From: an uncultured bacterium
GTDB lineage: Bacteria > Patescibacteriota > Minisyncoccia > Phycocordibacterales > GWA1-40-21
Assembly (NCBI GenBank): GCA_963798465.1
Contig: CAWCTC010000001.1
Location: 196,315-260,314, forward strand
Length of the DNA: 64,000 nucleotides
Direction: 5' to 3'
In this document: piece by piece, positions 36,837 through 46,694 of the stretch
Position numbering within the stretch: position 1 is the stretch's first letter
How the letters are laid out: every line of letters begins with the position of its first letter
The notes under the pieces: generated by a model
The model's input: the letters and a program-made list of their open reading frames with translations, nothing else
The model's database searches: none
Told to the model about the DNA's origin: nothing
Translations under genes and position numbers: made by a program

Positions 36837-37430
36837 TTAAAATATTTTTTTGCTTTTAAATTCATCTCTGCTATAAGGACCTCTTTCCCAGCCGGTTAAG
36901 ATTTTTTTCATAAATTCTTTTGATTCATCATTAGACATTGTTTTCAATCCTAGTTCTGAAGCAACTTCTTCTATTTGTTTGATAGTTTTAGGAACATTTT
37001 CTTTGTTGTCTATCACTATTTCCATTTCACAATGAAAACCCCAGCTGACAGTGTATTTTATGGCAAATTCTACTCCTTTATATAAATAGTTGTGACGATT
37101 TTGGTATGAGTATAAATGATTTTCACCGTAACCAAGAATATCTAATATTCTTAAAACATTATTCATATCTTTTGGTAAAAAATTAACATCAATCTCTTCA
37201 AAGTCATCTCCAAGGCCAATTTTTTGAAGTTTTAAAGTTAATTTGGCACTATTTTTAGTTTCACTATTTACAACTTTTATAAGCTTATCTGGAAGGTGAT
37301 AGAAGTATGAATCTTTATTATCTTCACCCAGGTCTTTACCATTTTTAATAAGAAAATCATTTAGTTCAATAAACTTCTTTTCATCTATCAGCGAGCGTAA
37401 CTCAACTTCAATATTTTTCTTAGTTTCCAT
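36837..37430 (-). CDS. CYTH-domain (triphosphate tunnel metalloenzyme / class IV adenylate cyclase-like) protein
   Basis: N-terminal KNIEVELRSLI (ExExK-like) and a beta-rich ~190-aa size. Start taken at METKK. Confidence 0.5.
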   Translation of the reverse strand: METKKNIEVELRSLIDEKKFIELNDFLIKNGKDLGEDNKDSYFYHLPDKLIKVVNSETKNSAKLTLKLQKIGLGDDFEEIDVNFLPKDMNNVLRILDILGYGENHLYSYQNRHNYLYKGVEFAIKYTVSWGFHCEMEIVIDNKENVPKTIKQIEEVASELGLKTMSNDESKEFMKKILTGWERGPYSRDEFKSKKIF

Positions 37431-37529
37431 TATAAAAAGTATAGCATAAATGATTAAATTAGAATGCATAAAATTTTAAATAATAAAAAACTAGCCATTT
37501 TCATGGCTAGCTGTGTTGAATGGGGGAGT

Positions 37530-38165
37530 TTATTTTTCCAGTTTTGCTAATGCATCTCTTAGTTGAGATAAGATGTATTGAGCTTTATCAGGACATTCTT
37601 TATTGATGTCCTCAATAAGTGGAAAAAAAACTTTTCTTGTTTCTTTAATTTTTCTTTGCTGTTTTTCCTGACAACAAGAATCAAGAGTTCTTGTATTGTG
37701 CAGTCTGTCAGCCAGTTTGATAAGTTTAACCTCAATACTGGAATTCTTTACATGTTCAAAATACCATTTAAGTCTTTTCTTGTTTGATGAAAACCGCGGG
37801 TCATCCTTTTTCGGTTTTGTTACCGCTGAGACGAACTTAGCTACTCGCTCACCGAAAATAGTTTTGATTCTATTCTCCGTAAGTATGTAGCTATCTTCAA
37901 GGATGTCATGAAGTAAAGCTGCGATAATAATTTCTACGTCAAAGATTCCAAATTCTTCGGCGAGAATTATTGCCACAGCTCTCACATGTTCAAAATATCT
38001 TGCATCTGTTTCTCTGAACTGATTTCTGTGTCCATACTTTGCCAGTTGATAGGCAAAGTCCAATTTTTCCATTTCAGCTGGGGAGATTTTAAGACAAAAA
38101 ATGTTCAAGAACCTTTTGTGATTTTCACCACACGTACCTTCTTTTCTTCTCGCATCCTCGTTCAT
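37530..38165 (-). CDS. HD-domain (p)ppGpp hydrolase-like protein (SpoT/RelA hydrolase domain only)
   Basis: YFEHVRAVAIILAE...IIAALLHDILEDS...KLADRLHNTRTL. Confidence 0.7.
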   Translation of the reverse strand: MNEDARRKEGTCGENHKRFLNIFCLKISPAEMEKLDFAYQLAKYGHRNQFRETDARYFEHVRAVAIILAEEFGIFDVEIIIAALLHDILEDSYILTENRIKTIFGERVAKFVSAVTKPKKDDPRFSSNKKRLKWYFEHVKNSSIEVKLIKLADRLHNTRTLDSCCQEKQQRKIKETRKVFFPLIEDINKECPDKAQYILSQLRDALAKLEK

Positions 38166-38316
38166 TTTATCTCTCCTTTTTGAGATGTATTTTGTAAACT
38201 ATATTAAGGTCCTAAATCTGGCTTGATTCTAGAGTAAATAGGGAGGAGTGTCAAATTAAAATATAAATAAAATTTTGTTTGAGAAAACATATAATAAATG
38301 ATACTATGCTTTCCAT

Positions 38317-38398
38317 GCGCCGGTCGTATAGTGGCAATTACACGAGACTGTAAATCTTGCGGCTTCGGCCTTCGGGGGTTCGAGTCCCTCCCGGCGCA
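38317..38398 (+). tRNA. tRNA-Tyr (anticodon GTA), long variable arm
   Basis: Acceptor GCGCCGG/CCGGCGC, anticodon loop CTGTAAA, variable arm, T arm GGGGG?TTCGAGTCCCTC region. No CCA. Confidence 0.8.
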
Positions 38399-38431
38399 CA
38401 TTGATGAGATAATGTGGCAGTGTTTGTTAAT

Positions 38432-38460
38432 TTGACATAATCTCAATATATCTATATAAT
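38432..38460 (+). promoter_or_regulatory. consensus sigma70-type promoter (TTGACA-17 nt-TATAAT) upstream of tyrS
   Basis: TTGACA at 38432-38437, a 17-nt spacer, TATAAT at 38455-38460. Confidence 0.6.
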
Positions 38461-38501
38461 ATACAGGTATAATTATTTAATAAATTTATTAGGTTAATAA
38501 T

Positions 38502-39899
38502 ATGGAAAAATTTGAAATGAAAAATAATATTGAAGATAACCATTCTGAGAATGGTGCTATTGATAAATCAAAAAAACATGTTAAAGAGAGTATAGAATCT
38601 CCTGATTTTTTGAATATATTAGAAAAAGAATTATTGGATAGAAGAGAATTTGATTTATCTGAATTATCTAGTAAAGAACAATTTGAATTGATTAAAGATA
38701 GGTCATTAAATATAATATCTGAAAATGATTTATTAGAGAGGCTTGAAAAATCAAAAAAGGAAGATAAACCTCTTGTTGTAAAATTCGGTATAGATCCAAC
38801 TGGATCTGAGATACATATTGGTCACGCAGTACCTATGGTTATAGTAAATAGATTACAAAGAATGGGTCATAAAGTAGTATTTGTTATAGGTGATTTTACA
38901 GCAAAGATAGGCGATCCAAGTGGAAGAACTGCAGAGCGTCCAGCATTAACTGATGAAATTATTACTCAAAATCTTAGTTCTTATAAAGAACAAATTAAAC
39001 CGTTTTTTGATTTATCAAAAGCTGAGATTTTACATAATGGTGATTGGTTAAATGATATTAAGTTACCCGATTTTGTTAAATTATTAAGTAAAATTAATGT
39101 TTCCGATTCTTTACAGAGAGATGATTTTCGTAAAAGATTATCAGAAGGACAAGGTTTGACACAAGCTGAACTTATATATTCCGTGATTATGGCTATGGAT
39201 TCTTTACATATTGATAATGATGTCGAGGTTGGTGGAGTTGATCAATTATTAAATTTACAGATGTGTAGAAAAGTTATGGAAATAGAAGGTAATAAACCTG
39301 AATGTTTGATAACAACAGGATTATTACCTGGTATAACAGGAAATGATCAAAAAATGAGTAAAAGTCTTGGAAATTATGTTGGATTATCGCATTCTTCAAA
39401 GGAAATATATGGGAGAATAATGTCAATACCAGATTCATTACTTGAAACTTACTTTAAAGCTATGTCTGAAATTAATGATGAGGAATGGGATATCTTGGAT
39501 AATATGATTAAAAATGGTGGTATAAATCCAATGGAGGTCAAAAAAATGTTAGCTAGATATATAGTGTCAGTATTACATAACAAAAATGAATCAGAAGATG
39601 CTGAAAAAGACTTTGCTTTAAGATTTTCTAAAAAAGATTATTTAGAATTAAATGATTTAAATTCGTACGAACAAGTTGATGGAAACTCTTCAATTTTAGA
39701 TTTTCTTTCAGAAAAAGAATTATTTAAATCAAAAGGAGATATTAGAAGACTTGCTACAAGTGGAGCAATTAAGATAATAAGTAATGATGGCACAATTATA
39801 AAAGTAGATAATCCTTTAGATTCTTTTGAATCTAAGATATCACTTAAAGAATTTATATTGAAAATTGGTAAAAAAGTTCTATCAATAAAATTGAAGTAA
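38502..39899 (+). CDS. tyrS: tyrosyl-tRNA synthetase with ~85-aa N-terminal extension and S4-like C-terminal domain
   Basis: HIGH region GSEIHIGHAVPM, FVIGDFTAKIGDPSGR, KMSKS (DQKMSKSLGN). Confidence 0.8.
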   Translation: MEKFEMKNNIEDNHSENGAIDKSKKHVKESIESPDFLNILEKELLDRREFDLSELSSKEQFELIKDRSLNIISENDLLERLEKSKKEDKPLVVKFGIDPTGSEIHIGHAVPMVIVNRLQRMGHKVVFVIGDFTAKIGDPSGRTAERPALTDEIITQNLSSYKEQIKPFFDLSKAEILHNGDWLNDIKLPDFVKLLSKINVSDSLQRDDFRKRLSEGQGLTQAELIYSVIMAMDSLHIDNDVEVGGVDQLLNLQMCRKVMEIEGNKPECLITTGLLPGITGNDQKMSKSLGNYVGLSHSSKEIYGRIMSIPDSLLETYFKAMSEINDEEWDILDNMIKNGGINPMEVKKMLARYIVSVLHNKNESEDAEKDFALRFSKKDYLELNDLNSYEQVDGNSSILDFLSEKELFKSKGDIRRLATSGAIKIISNDGTIIKVDNPLDSFESKISLKEFILKIGKKVLSIKLK

Positions 39900-39900
39900 A

Positions 39901-40971
39901 ATGACGGAAAATATTTCGGAGAAGAATATAAACAAAGTGGTTTTTGACGATAGTTATTATTCTGAAATTATTAAAAAATATAACTATAATCCAGTTGACT
40001 TTAAAAAAATAAATTTTTCTATTAATAATTTAGATATCGCAACTCTAGAAAGTAAATTTGTCTGTCATCATAATGGAGATGTGTTTGTAGATAATATGAA
40101 AAAAGGACAAAAATCTATAATCACAACTGGTTTTGGTTTAAGTGGAAATCCTCATCTTGGTAGTATATCTGAAATGTTAAAAATCGTTGCTTTTTCAAAA
40201 GCTGGTTTAAATACCCAGGTAGTTCTTGGTGATCTTGATTCATATAATGCTAGAAATCAAGAAATTGATATTGTGCGTAAAAGAGTAAAATTATATATAA
40301 AATTTTTGAAAAATTTAGGATATAATAAAAATAATATATTAAGAGATCAATATTCTCACGTTGACGTATTACATACAGCTTTTATAATAGCCCACTATTT
40401 GACAGATGAAGATTTTACAGAAGCTGAAGAAGATATTTCTTATATATACAAAAAAGAAGGTATATATAAAAATTTTAGTTTCCCCATGAAACTTTCTTTA
40501 TTATTAATGATTGCTGATTTTATTCATCTAGGGACTGTTAATGGAAATAAAAATATTATGGTAATGTTAGGAATGGAAGAACATAAATATGTTCTTTTAG
40601 CTAAAAAAGTTGTTGAGAGGATGAACTTAAAAATTAACATTTCGGCAATTTACGGTAAAATAATAAAAGGATTAAATGGATATCCTAAGATGTGTAAGAG
40701 TATAAAAAAATCATCTATAAGCGTATTAAATACACCTAAAGAAATATTATCATTACTTTATAATAATAGTGATTCTTTAGATAATATTGATAATAATGCT
40801 GTTTTTCAAATGATGGAACAGACATCATATTTTACCGCATCTCAATTAAAAGATATTCGTTCTATTTGTAAAAGAGGGGATAAAAAAGAATGGACAAAAG
40901 TTATAAAAAAATATTCTATAATGTTGAATAAAATATTAAGTAAGTGGCCTAAAAATAAGGATTTATCTTAG
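39901..40971 (+). CDS. divergent class Ic aminoacyl-tRNA synthetase paralog (TrpRS-like)
   Basis: HIGH-like GLSGNPHLGS, VVLGDLDSYNAR, KMSKS-like YPKMCKS..ISVLNTPKEI. It starts 1 nt after the tyrS stop. Confidence 0.5.
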   Translation: MTENISEKNINKVVFDDSYYSEIIKKYNYNPVDFKKINFSINNLDIATLESKFVCHHNGDVFVDNMKKGQKSIITTGFGLSGNPHLGSISEMLKIVAFSKAGLNTQVVLGDLDSYNARNQEIDIVRKRVKLYIKFLKNLGYNKNNILRDQYSHVDVLHTAFIIAHYLTDEDFTEAEEDISYIYKKEGIYKNFSFPMKLSLLLMIADFIHLGTVNGNKNIMVMLGMEEHKYVLLAKKVVERMNLKINISAIYGKIIKGLNGYPKMCKSIKKSSISVLNTPKEILSLLYNNSDSLDNIDNNAVFQMMEQTSYFTASQLKDIRSICKRGDKKEWTKVIKKYSIMLNKILSKWPKNKDLS

Positions 40972-41003
40972 TGTTTTATTGATATATCAATATTTGATTG
41001 ATA

Positions 41004-41972
41004 TTATGGTAAAAAAACTATTTTTTTAGTTTGAGTTTTACCTTTGTTTTTAAATAATTTTAAACCTATTTTAAAATCTTTAAGTTTAAAAACATTTGTA
41101 ATGATACCCTTAATTTTTATCTTTTCTTTGAGTATTAGGTCAATAGCTTTTTTAAAATCATCTTTTCTATTGGTCTTGGTGTAAGAATTTGATCCAATCA
41201 TACATATTTCTTTTGAGAATAATTTTCTAGCGTTTAGTGGAAGAATATAGTTTTCTTTAAAAACACCCAAAACCAATATCGTACCTCGTATTTTTGTAAT
41301 ATCAATTGATGTATTTACTGTACTACAATTGTTTCTTCCAACGCATTCAACGGTGATATCGAAATGATCTTTATATTTAGAATAGTTTTTTGTATTTTTA
41401 TCAAATAGAATAGCTTCTTTAGCTCCTTTATATTTTGCTACTCTACGGAATAATTCTCCTATAGTCCCATTACCTATAATCCCAACATTCTTATTGTATA
41501 AATTTGGAATAAATTGAAGTGCGTGTATACACACAGCTAATGGATCAGCCAATACAAATTTGTATTCAAATTTATCAGATGGTATTTTATACAAATTTTT
41601 ATTATTTGTAACAAGTATTTTTTCAGCAAAACCACCATTAACATTTTTACCTAATGCTGTTTTATTCAAGCAGTGTTGTATGTATCCTTTTTTACAAATA
41701 CTACATTTTGAACAACCAATTATTGGGGAAATGACTACCATATCTCCAATTTTTATTGGACTTCTATTTTTGTTTGTAACAATAACTTCACCAATTATTT
41801 CATGCCCTAATATTTTTTTTTCTTTATATCCTATTTTTTCTATATTTTGAACATCACTACCACATAATCCTACTGCCTTAACTTTTACAATTACATCATT
41901 ATTCTTTATAATTTTTGGGTCAGATACCTCCTTATATAGAATTTTGTTTTTTGATATTACAATTGCTTTCAT
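41004..41972 (-). CDS. zinc-dependent medium-chain dehydrogenase (threonine/sorbitol dehydrogenase-like)
   Basis: VKAVGLCGSDV, GHEIIGEV, structural-zinc Cys cluster CSKCSICKKG..HC, GNGTIG Rossmann motif. Confidence 0.7.
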   Translation of the reverse strand: MKAIVISKNKILYKEVSDPKIIKNNDVIVKVKAVGLCGSDVQNIEKIGYKEKKILGHEIIGEVIVTNKNRSPIKIGDMVVISPIIGCSKCSICKKGYIQHCLNKTALGKNVNGGFAEKILVTNNKNLYKIPSDKFEYKFVLADPLAVCIHALQFIPNLYNKNVGIIGNGTIGELFRRVAKYKGAKEAILFDKNTKNYSKYKDHFDITVECVGRNNCSTVNTSIDITKIRGTILVLGVFKENYILPLNARKLFSKEICMIGSNSYTKTNRKDDFKKAIDLILKEKIKIKGIITNVFKLKDFKIGLKLFKNKGKTQTKKIVFLP

Positions 41973-43102
41973 ATATATTTTTTATATTTATTAGAGTTTC
42001 CACCAGTCAACATAATAAATTCCTCAAGTTTTTTAATAGCTAATCCAGATTCTATTGCTATCTTAGCTTTATTATAACCGTCAGTAATATTGCTAGCCTT
42101 ATCTGAAAGAAATAATATAGTAGCCGCATTTACACATATAATATCAATTAATGCCTCATTTCCTTTACCAGATAAAGCTTGAACTCCTTTTTTAATATTC
42201 ATTTCTTTATTATTACCTTGCATTATTGATTCTCTATCATATCTAGGGAATTTTAAAATATTTGCTGTTTGTATACTTTTAATATTACCGATAACTCCAT
42301 TTTTAGCTCCTATTATCGATGTGGTACCGAATACACCAACTTCATCAAAGAAATGTACACCATCATCTGTTGTTGTAACTACCATAACATTTTTATATCC
42401 AAGTTTTAAAAAAACTTCTGCTGATGTATTTATACTATTATGAGATAAACCATAAAGTAGTACATTTGGTTTAAAGGGTAAAACAGTTCCAGCCAAGCCC
42501 AAACTTAAAACATGTGGTGCATAAAAATTACCACCATATTTTGAATCAAATTTTTTTATTTGATTTTCAATTTTAAAAAAACCTAAGCCTGTTTTTTTAA
42601 GTATATTAATCATTTTTTGTTTGTTAATATTTATATTTGCTCCTAATGATTCTATAAAATCACTAGAACCGCTTGCTGATGAAGTTGCTTTTGAACATGG
42701 TTTGGCCACATATGCTCCGATTGATGCAGCTACTATTGCAGCACATGATGAAACATTTATTGTTTTAATTGCTTTTTTCCCACTACCTGCAACTCCAATT
42801 ACTTTTTTATTTTGACCAATATCTATGATGGGTATGTTGTCAATATTTATATTATCTAATTTTAATGCTGCCTTTATAAAGCCTACAACCTCATCCACTT
42901 TAGGTTGTTTAGCCATAATTCCATTAAGTAAAATACCCATGATTACTGCTCTTTTGGTATTATCTTTAATTTTTAAGGCAGTTGAAAATACTTTGAAGGA
43001 CTCGGATTCATTCATATCCTGCCGAACATTCATCTTATATACTGCATTTTGCAAAATATTTGGCAACTCTATTGATTTTGCAAATTTTTTATTTTTTTTC
43101 AT
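41969..43102 (-). CDS. glycosyl-transferase family 3 protein (anthranilate phosphoribosyltransferase / nucleoside phosphorylase-like), divergent
   Basis: GVAGSGKKAIKTINVSSCAAIVAAS is the counterpart of the TrpD GTGGDG..tfNiSt.aA motif. Size is 377 aa, with a 4-nt overlap with the downstream dehydrogenase. Confidence 0.5.
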   Translation of the reverse strand: MKKNKKFAKSIELPNILQNAVYKMNVRQDMNESESFKVFSTALKIKDNTKRAVIMGILLNGIMAKQPKVDEVVGFIKAALKLDNINIDNIPIIDIGQNKKVIGVAGSGKKAIKTINVSSCAAIVAASIGAYVAKPCSKATSSASGSSDFIESLGANININKQKMINILKKTGLGFFKIENQIKKFDSKYGGNFYAPHVLSLGLAGTVLPFKPNVLLYGLSHNSINTSAEVFLKLGYKNVMVVTTTDDGVHFFDEVGVFGTTSIIGAKNGVIGNIKSIQTANILKFPRYDRESIMQGNNKEMNIKKGVQALSGKGNEALIDIICVNAATILFLSDKASNITDGYNKAKIAIESGLAIKKLEEFIMLTGGNSNKYKKYI

Positions 43103-43640
43103 ATTTCATATTTATATATTCTAATACTCTTTTTACAGAATCATTTATTGTTTCGTTTTCAGAGTTTAATACTAAATCTGCCATTTTGTATTCGTTTTTT
43201 AAAGATGAATAAATTTTAGATTTAATTTTGTGGAGTGAAACCTTATTTATTTTATTAATATCTTTTCTGCTTGTCGCTCTTAAAAAACATGTTTTTACAC
43301 TAGCTTTAATTTGTATAACAAAAAATAATTTATTAGTTTTTCTTGCAAGATTTTTTAATAATTTAATATATTTATCTTGTTCAATACTATTGTCTAATAT
43401 AACATTAAAGTTATTTGAAATGAAGTACTCACAATTGTTCAGTATTATATTAGCAATATCATCATTATATCTTTTAGAAGTGTTTTTATAATCAGATATA
43501 GTGTATTTTATATAATCTGGTTCTATAAGGACAGTCCGGTAAAAAGTTTTTTGTAACTCTTTTGCCAAAGTAGACTTGCCACTACCCATCGGACCATTTA
43601 TTATTAATAAAAAATTGTTTCTACTCATATATGTATACAT
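43089..43640 (-). CDS. P-loop kinase (AAA_33/zeta-toxin-like fold)
   Basis: Walker A INGPMGSGKSTLAKEL. An internal Met is chosen because the listed N-terminus runs through the RayT-flanking repeat. Confidence 0.55.
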   Translation of the reverse strand: MYTYMSRNNFLLIINGPMGSGKSTLAKELQKTFYRTVLIEPDYIKYTISDYKNTSKRYNDDIANIILNNCEYFISNNFNVILDNSIEQDKYIKLLKNLARKTNKLFFVIQIKASVKTCFLRATSRKDINKINKVSLHKIKSKIYSSLKNEYKMADLVLNSENETINDSVKRVLEYINMKYEKK

Positions 43641-43682
43641 TATTACATTTTTTGTATAAAAAGAAATAAACCTAGGGGAAAA

Positions 43683-44394
43683 GGGGTCAGGAGCCTTTTT
43701 ATGATATACTCTATTCATGCCAAGAAATATTAGAGTAGATATTGCAGGAGAAATATATCATATAATAAATCGTGCAAATGCACGGATGAAGATTTTTGAT
43801 AATGATAAAGATTACAAACTATTTGAACAAGTATTAGAAGAAGCAAAGGATCGTACAGACATAAAAATATATGCATATTGTGTAATGCCAAATCACTGGC
43901 ATTTAGTTGTATCACCAAAAAATGATGGCAATCTATCAAAATTTATGGCTTGGTTCACTATGACACATACCCAAAGATGGCACTCAATGCACAAAAGTAT
44001 AGGAAGTGGTCATTTGTATCAAGGAAGATACAAATCATTTATTGTTCAAAGTAATGAATATTTTTTACAACTATGCAGATATGTGGAAAGAAATCCAGTA
44101 AGAGCAAAATTAGAAAAGAAAGCGCAAGGTTGGAAATGGGGAAGTCTATGGAGAAGAGAAAATGGAACTATAGAACAACTTAAAATTCTAAATTCATGGC
44201 CAACGGACACACCAAAAAACTATCTTGGTTGGGTAAATGAATCTGAATCAATAGAAGCACTCAGTCTAATTCGAAATAGTGTGAATAAAGGTAAACCCTA
44301 TGGTAAAATGTCGTGGATAGAAAAGAAAATTGATGAGTATAAACTTGAATCAACATTACGCAGTCCTGGAAGACCAAAGAAAGGCTCCTGACCC
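43683..44394 (+). mobile_element. RayT unit bracketed by 12-bp inverted repeats (GGGTCAGGAGCC ... GGCTCCTGACCC)
   Basis: Left repeat within 43683-43695, right repeat 44383-44394, which overlaps the stop codon. Confidence 0.6.
43717..44391 (+). CDS. REP-associated tyrosine transposase (RayT / IS200-like Y1 HUH transposase)
   Basis: YHIINRAN..., HUH motif MPNHWHLVV, catalytic-Tyr region LCRYVERNPVRA. Confidence 0.8.
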   Translation: MPRNIRVDIAGEIYHIINRANARMKIFDNDKDYKLFEQVLEEAKDRTDIKIYAYCVMPNHWHLVVSPKNDGNLSKFMAWFTMTHTQRWHSMHKSIGSGHLYQGRYKSFIVQSNEYFLQLCRYVERNPVRAKLEKKAQGWKWGSLWRRENGTIEQLKILNSWPTDTPKNYLGWVNESESIEALSLIRNSVNKGKPYGKMSWIEKKIDEYKLESTLRSPGRPKKGS

Positions 44395-44447
44395 TATTTT
44401 TTCCAAAGAAGTTTGATTTTGCGAATATCTTTGATAAAGACAAAAAT

Positions 44448-44657
44448 ATGATCTTGTTTGATCAAAGATATTCTTATGAAAACAATAGGACAGAAAAATG
44501 TTTTTCAGAAAAATGTCCCTTTGTGCCAGTATGTAATGGTGGATGTGTATGGCGTTCAATTTTTAAAAATCCACCGAATGGATATTTAAATCGGAATTGT
44601 AATAAGACGGCGATGTCGATTATTAATTCGGGTTTAATCAAATCAGAATTTTTGTAA
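44448..44657 (+). pseudogene. 3' remnant of a radical-SAM/SPASM-domain maturase gene
   Basis: Only the C-terminal CPFVPVCNGGCVWRS SPASM-type Cys cluster is present. There is no radical-SAM core upstream, and it abuts the RayT unit. Confidence 0.5.
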
Positions 44658-44674
44658 TTACTAATTTGACTAAT

Positions 44675-44706
44675 GGCGGGTTGTTTTTCGACAGCCCGCC
44701 TTTTTT
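44675..44706 (+). terminator. intrinsic terminator
   Basis: GGCGGGTTG-TTTTTCG-ACAGCCCGCC followed by T6. Confidence 0.7.
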
Positions 44707-44718
44707 AGTATACTATAT

Positions 44719-45452
44719 TTGAATATGCTATATAAACAATTTATTAAAAACTATAAAGAAGATTATAAAAAATATAATGGATGGTTGAAGAAGGAAACAA
44801 GTCACTACATCTTTAATTATTTTGATAATAAATTTATAAAAGAACATATAAATAGGATATCAAAAATCCAGGAAAATTCTAATAATAAAATTTTTGAATT
44901 TTTAGGTATAAGAAATGCAAAAAAATTAATTATTATATATATCCAAGTGAATTTTTAAAAAGTAAATATATGGGCAATCCAATTTATGCTCAGTCTGTTT
45001 ATAAAGATTATTCAGTACACATAGTTTATAATAAAAAAATTAGACCTCTTGGACCTCATGAAGATACACATTTAATTTCTTTAAAATTTGGTTTACCGCC
45101 AAGTTTTTTTGCTGAAGGTTTAGCAGAATCGATTGCAAGCAAAAAAAGATTTTTTAATGGTAAAAGCAGAAAATATTTTATTAAAAAATGGTTGAACAAA
45201 TATGATAAAGATAGTCTATCTAATTTTTTTATTCAAAAAGGTTGGCTCGATACTCCAGATAATGAAAGCGGGGAGTTTTATTCAATAGCAATGTCCTTTA
45301 CCTTGTATTTGATAAAAGTTTTTGGCAAAGAGAAATTTTTTAAATTATATAAAAAAATTAATAGAAATATGACTATAAAGCAAATAGTTTATACAATGGA
45401 GAAAGTTTTTCTGATGGATTATGAACAAATAATCTCTAATTGGAAAATATGA
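44719..45452 (+). CDS. hypothetical protein (possible metallopeptidase-like HExxH-less fold), split by one frame break as sequenced
   Basis: ORFs 44719..44958 and 44970..45452 join as ..KKLIIIYIYPSEFLKSKYMGNPIYAQ.. if one base is adjusted in the (TA)n run near 44935. Confidence 0.45.
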
Positions 45453-45735
45453 ATGGCAACGTTGAATCTTACCATTTAGATTATTTAATGGGCAAAATAC
45501 GGCTAGAAATTTAGCAAATATATTATTATTCATATTTGCTTTTTGAAAAGCTTTATTGTATTATCTTTTTATCTTAGCTACTTGGCTGTACGCAAAGGTT
45601 GCCTGTTTCCGAAAGGAAATATATAGAGTTGAATACTTAACGAGTTGCGGGGATTTTTGCGATTAAGAAGGGAGCAAAAGTTTCTGTAGCTTTTTTGTTT
45701 ATAAGATATATCTTTATTAGAAAAAAATATTAATT

Positions 45736-46158
45736 ATGCCTACAATAAATCAATTAATCAAAAAGAATAGGAAAACTGCAAAGAGAAAGCCGAAAGCTGT
45801 CGCTTTGATGAAGGGTTTCAATACTCTTGAGAACAGACCGACAAGAAATAATTCTCCTTTCAAGAGAGGTGTTTGTATAAAAGTTACAACAAAGACTCCA
45901 AAGAAACCAAACTCTGCTATCAGAAAGATTGCAAGGGTTAGACTTTCTAATGGAATGGAAGTTACTGCTTATATTCCGGGAATGGGACACAATTTACAGG
46001 AACACTCAGTTGTTCTTTTAAGAGGTGGAAGAGTTAAGGACCTCGGTATTAGATATACTATAGTAAGAGGAGTTCTTGATGCAACTGCAGTTGAAGGAAG
46101 AAGAAAAGGTCGCAGCCAATACGGTGCAAAAAAGCCGAAAGCGGAAGTAAAGAAATAA
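45736..46158 (+). CDS. rpsL: 30S ribosomal protein S12
   Basis: [10 protein letters not shown]...[56 protein letters not shown]. Confidence 0.95.
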   Translation: MPTINQLIKKNRKTAKRKPKAVALMKGFNTLENRPTRNNSPFKRGVCIKVTTKTPKKPNSAIRKIARVRLSNGMEVTAYIPGMGHNLQEHSVVLLRGGRVKDLGIRYTIVRGVLDATAVEGRRKGRSQYGAKKPKAEVKK

Positions 46159-46223
46159 TCTAATTTGAAAGAAGCGTCGCGCCTAATAATAGGACAGTTG
46201 TGCGACGTGATTTCGTAAAACCA

Positions 46224-46694
46224 ATGAGAAGAAAATTAAAAACAAAGAAAGCATTAAAGCCGGATTATAAATATCAGTCTCCGAAAGTTTCAAAACTTAT
46301 AAACTATATAATGTATAGCGGAAAGAAAAGTATAGCCGAGAAAATAATCTACGATATGCTTGAAATTGTAAAAGAACAGGCAAAAGTTAAAAATCCTGTT
46401 GAAATACTTGAACTTGCTCTTTCAAACACTGCTCCGAATATGGAAGTCAGATCAAAAAGAGTCGGAGGTGCGAATTATCAGGTGCCAGTCGAAGTCAGGC
46501 CGGAAAGAAGAGCTGCTTTGTCCATGAAATGGATTATCGATGCCGCAAGAAGCAAGAAAGGTTCTCCGATTGCGGAAAAATTGGCTGCGGAAATAATTTC
46601 AGCTTCAAAGAATGAAGGTGAAGCAGTCAGGAAGAGGGAGAATACTCATAAAATGGCAGAGGCAAACAAAGCCTTCGCTCATTTTGCCTGGTAA
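46224..46694 (+). CDS. rpsG: 30S ribosomal protein S7
   Basis: KLINYIMYSGKKSIAEKIIY...VEVRSKRVGGANYQVPVEVRPERR. ATG 46224 is preferred to listed GTG 46200, which lies in an upstream hairpin. Confidence 0.9.
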   Translation: MRRKLKTKKALKPDYKYQSPKVSKLINYIMYSGKKSIAEKIIYDMLEIVKEQAKVKNPVEILELALSNTAPNMEVRSKRVGGANYQVPVEVRPERRAALSMKWIIDAARSKKGSPIAEKLAAEIISASKNEGEAVRKRENTHKMAEANKAFAHFAW

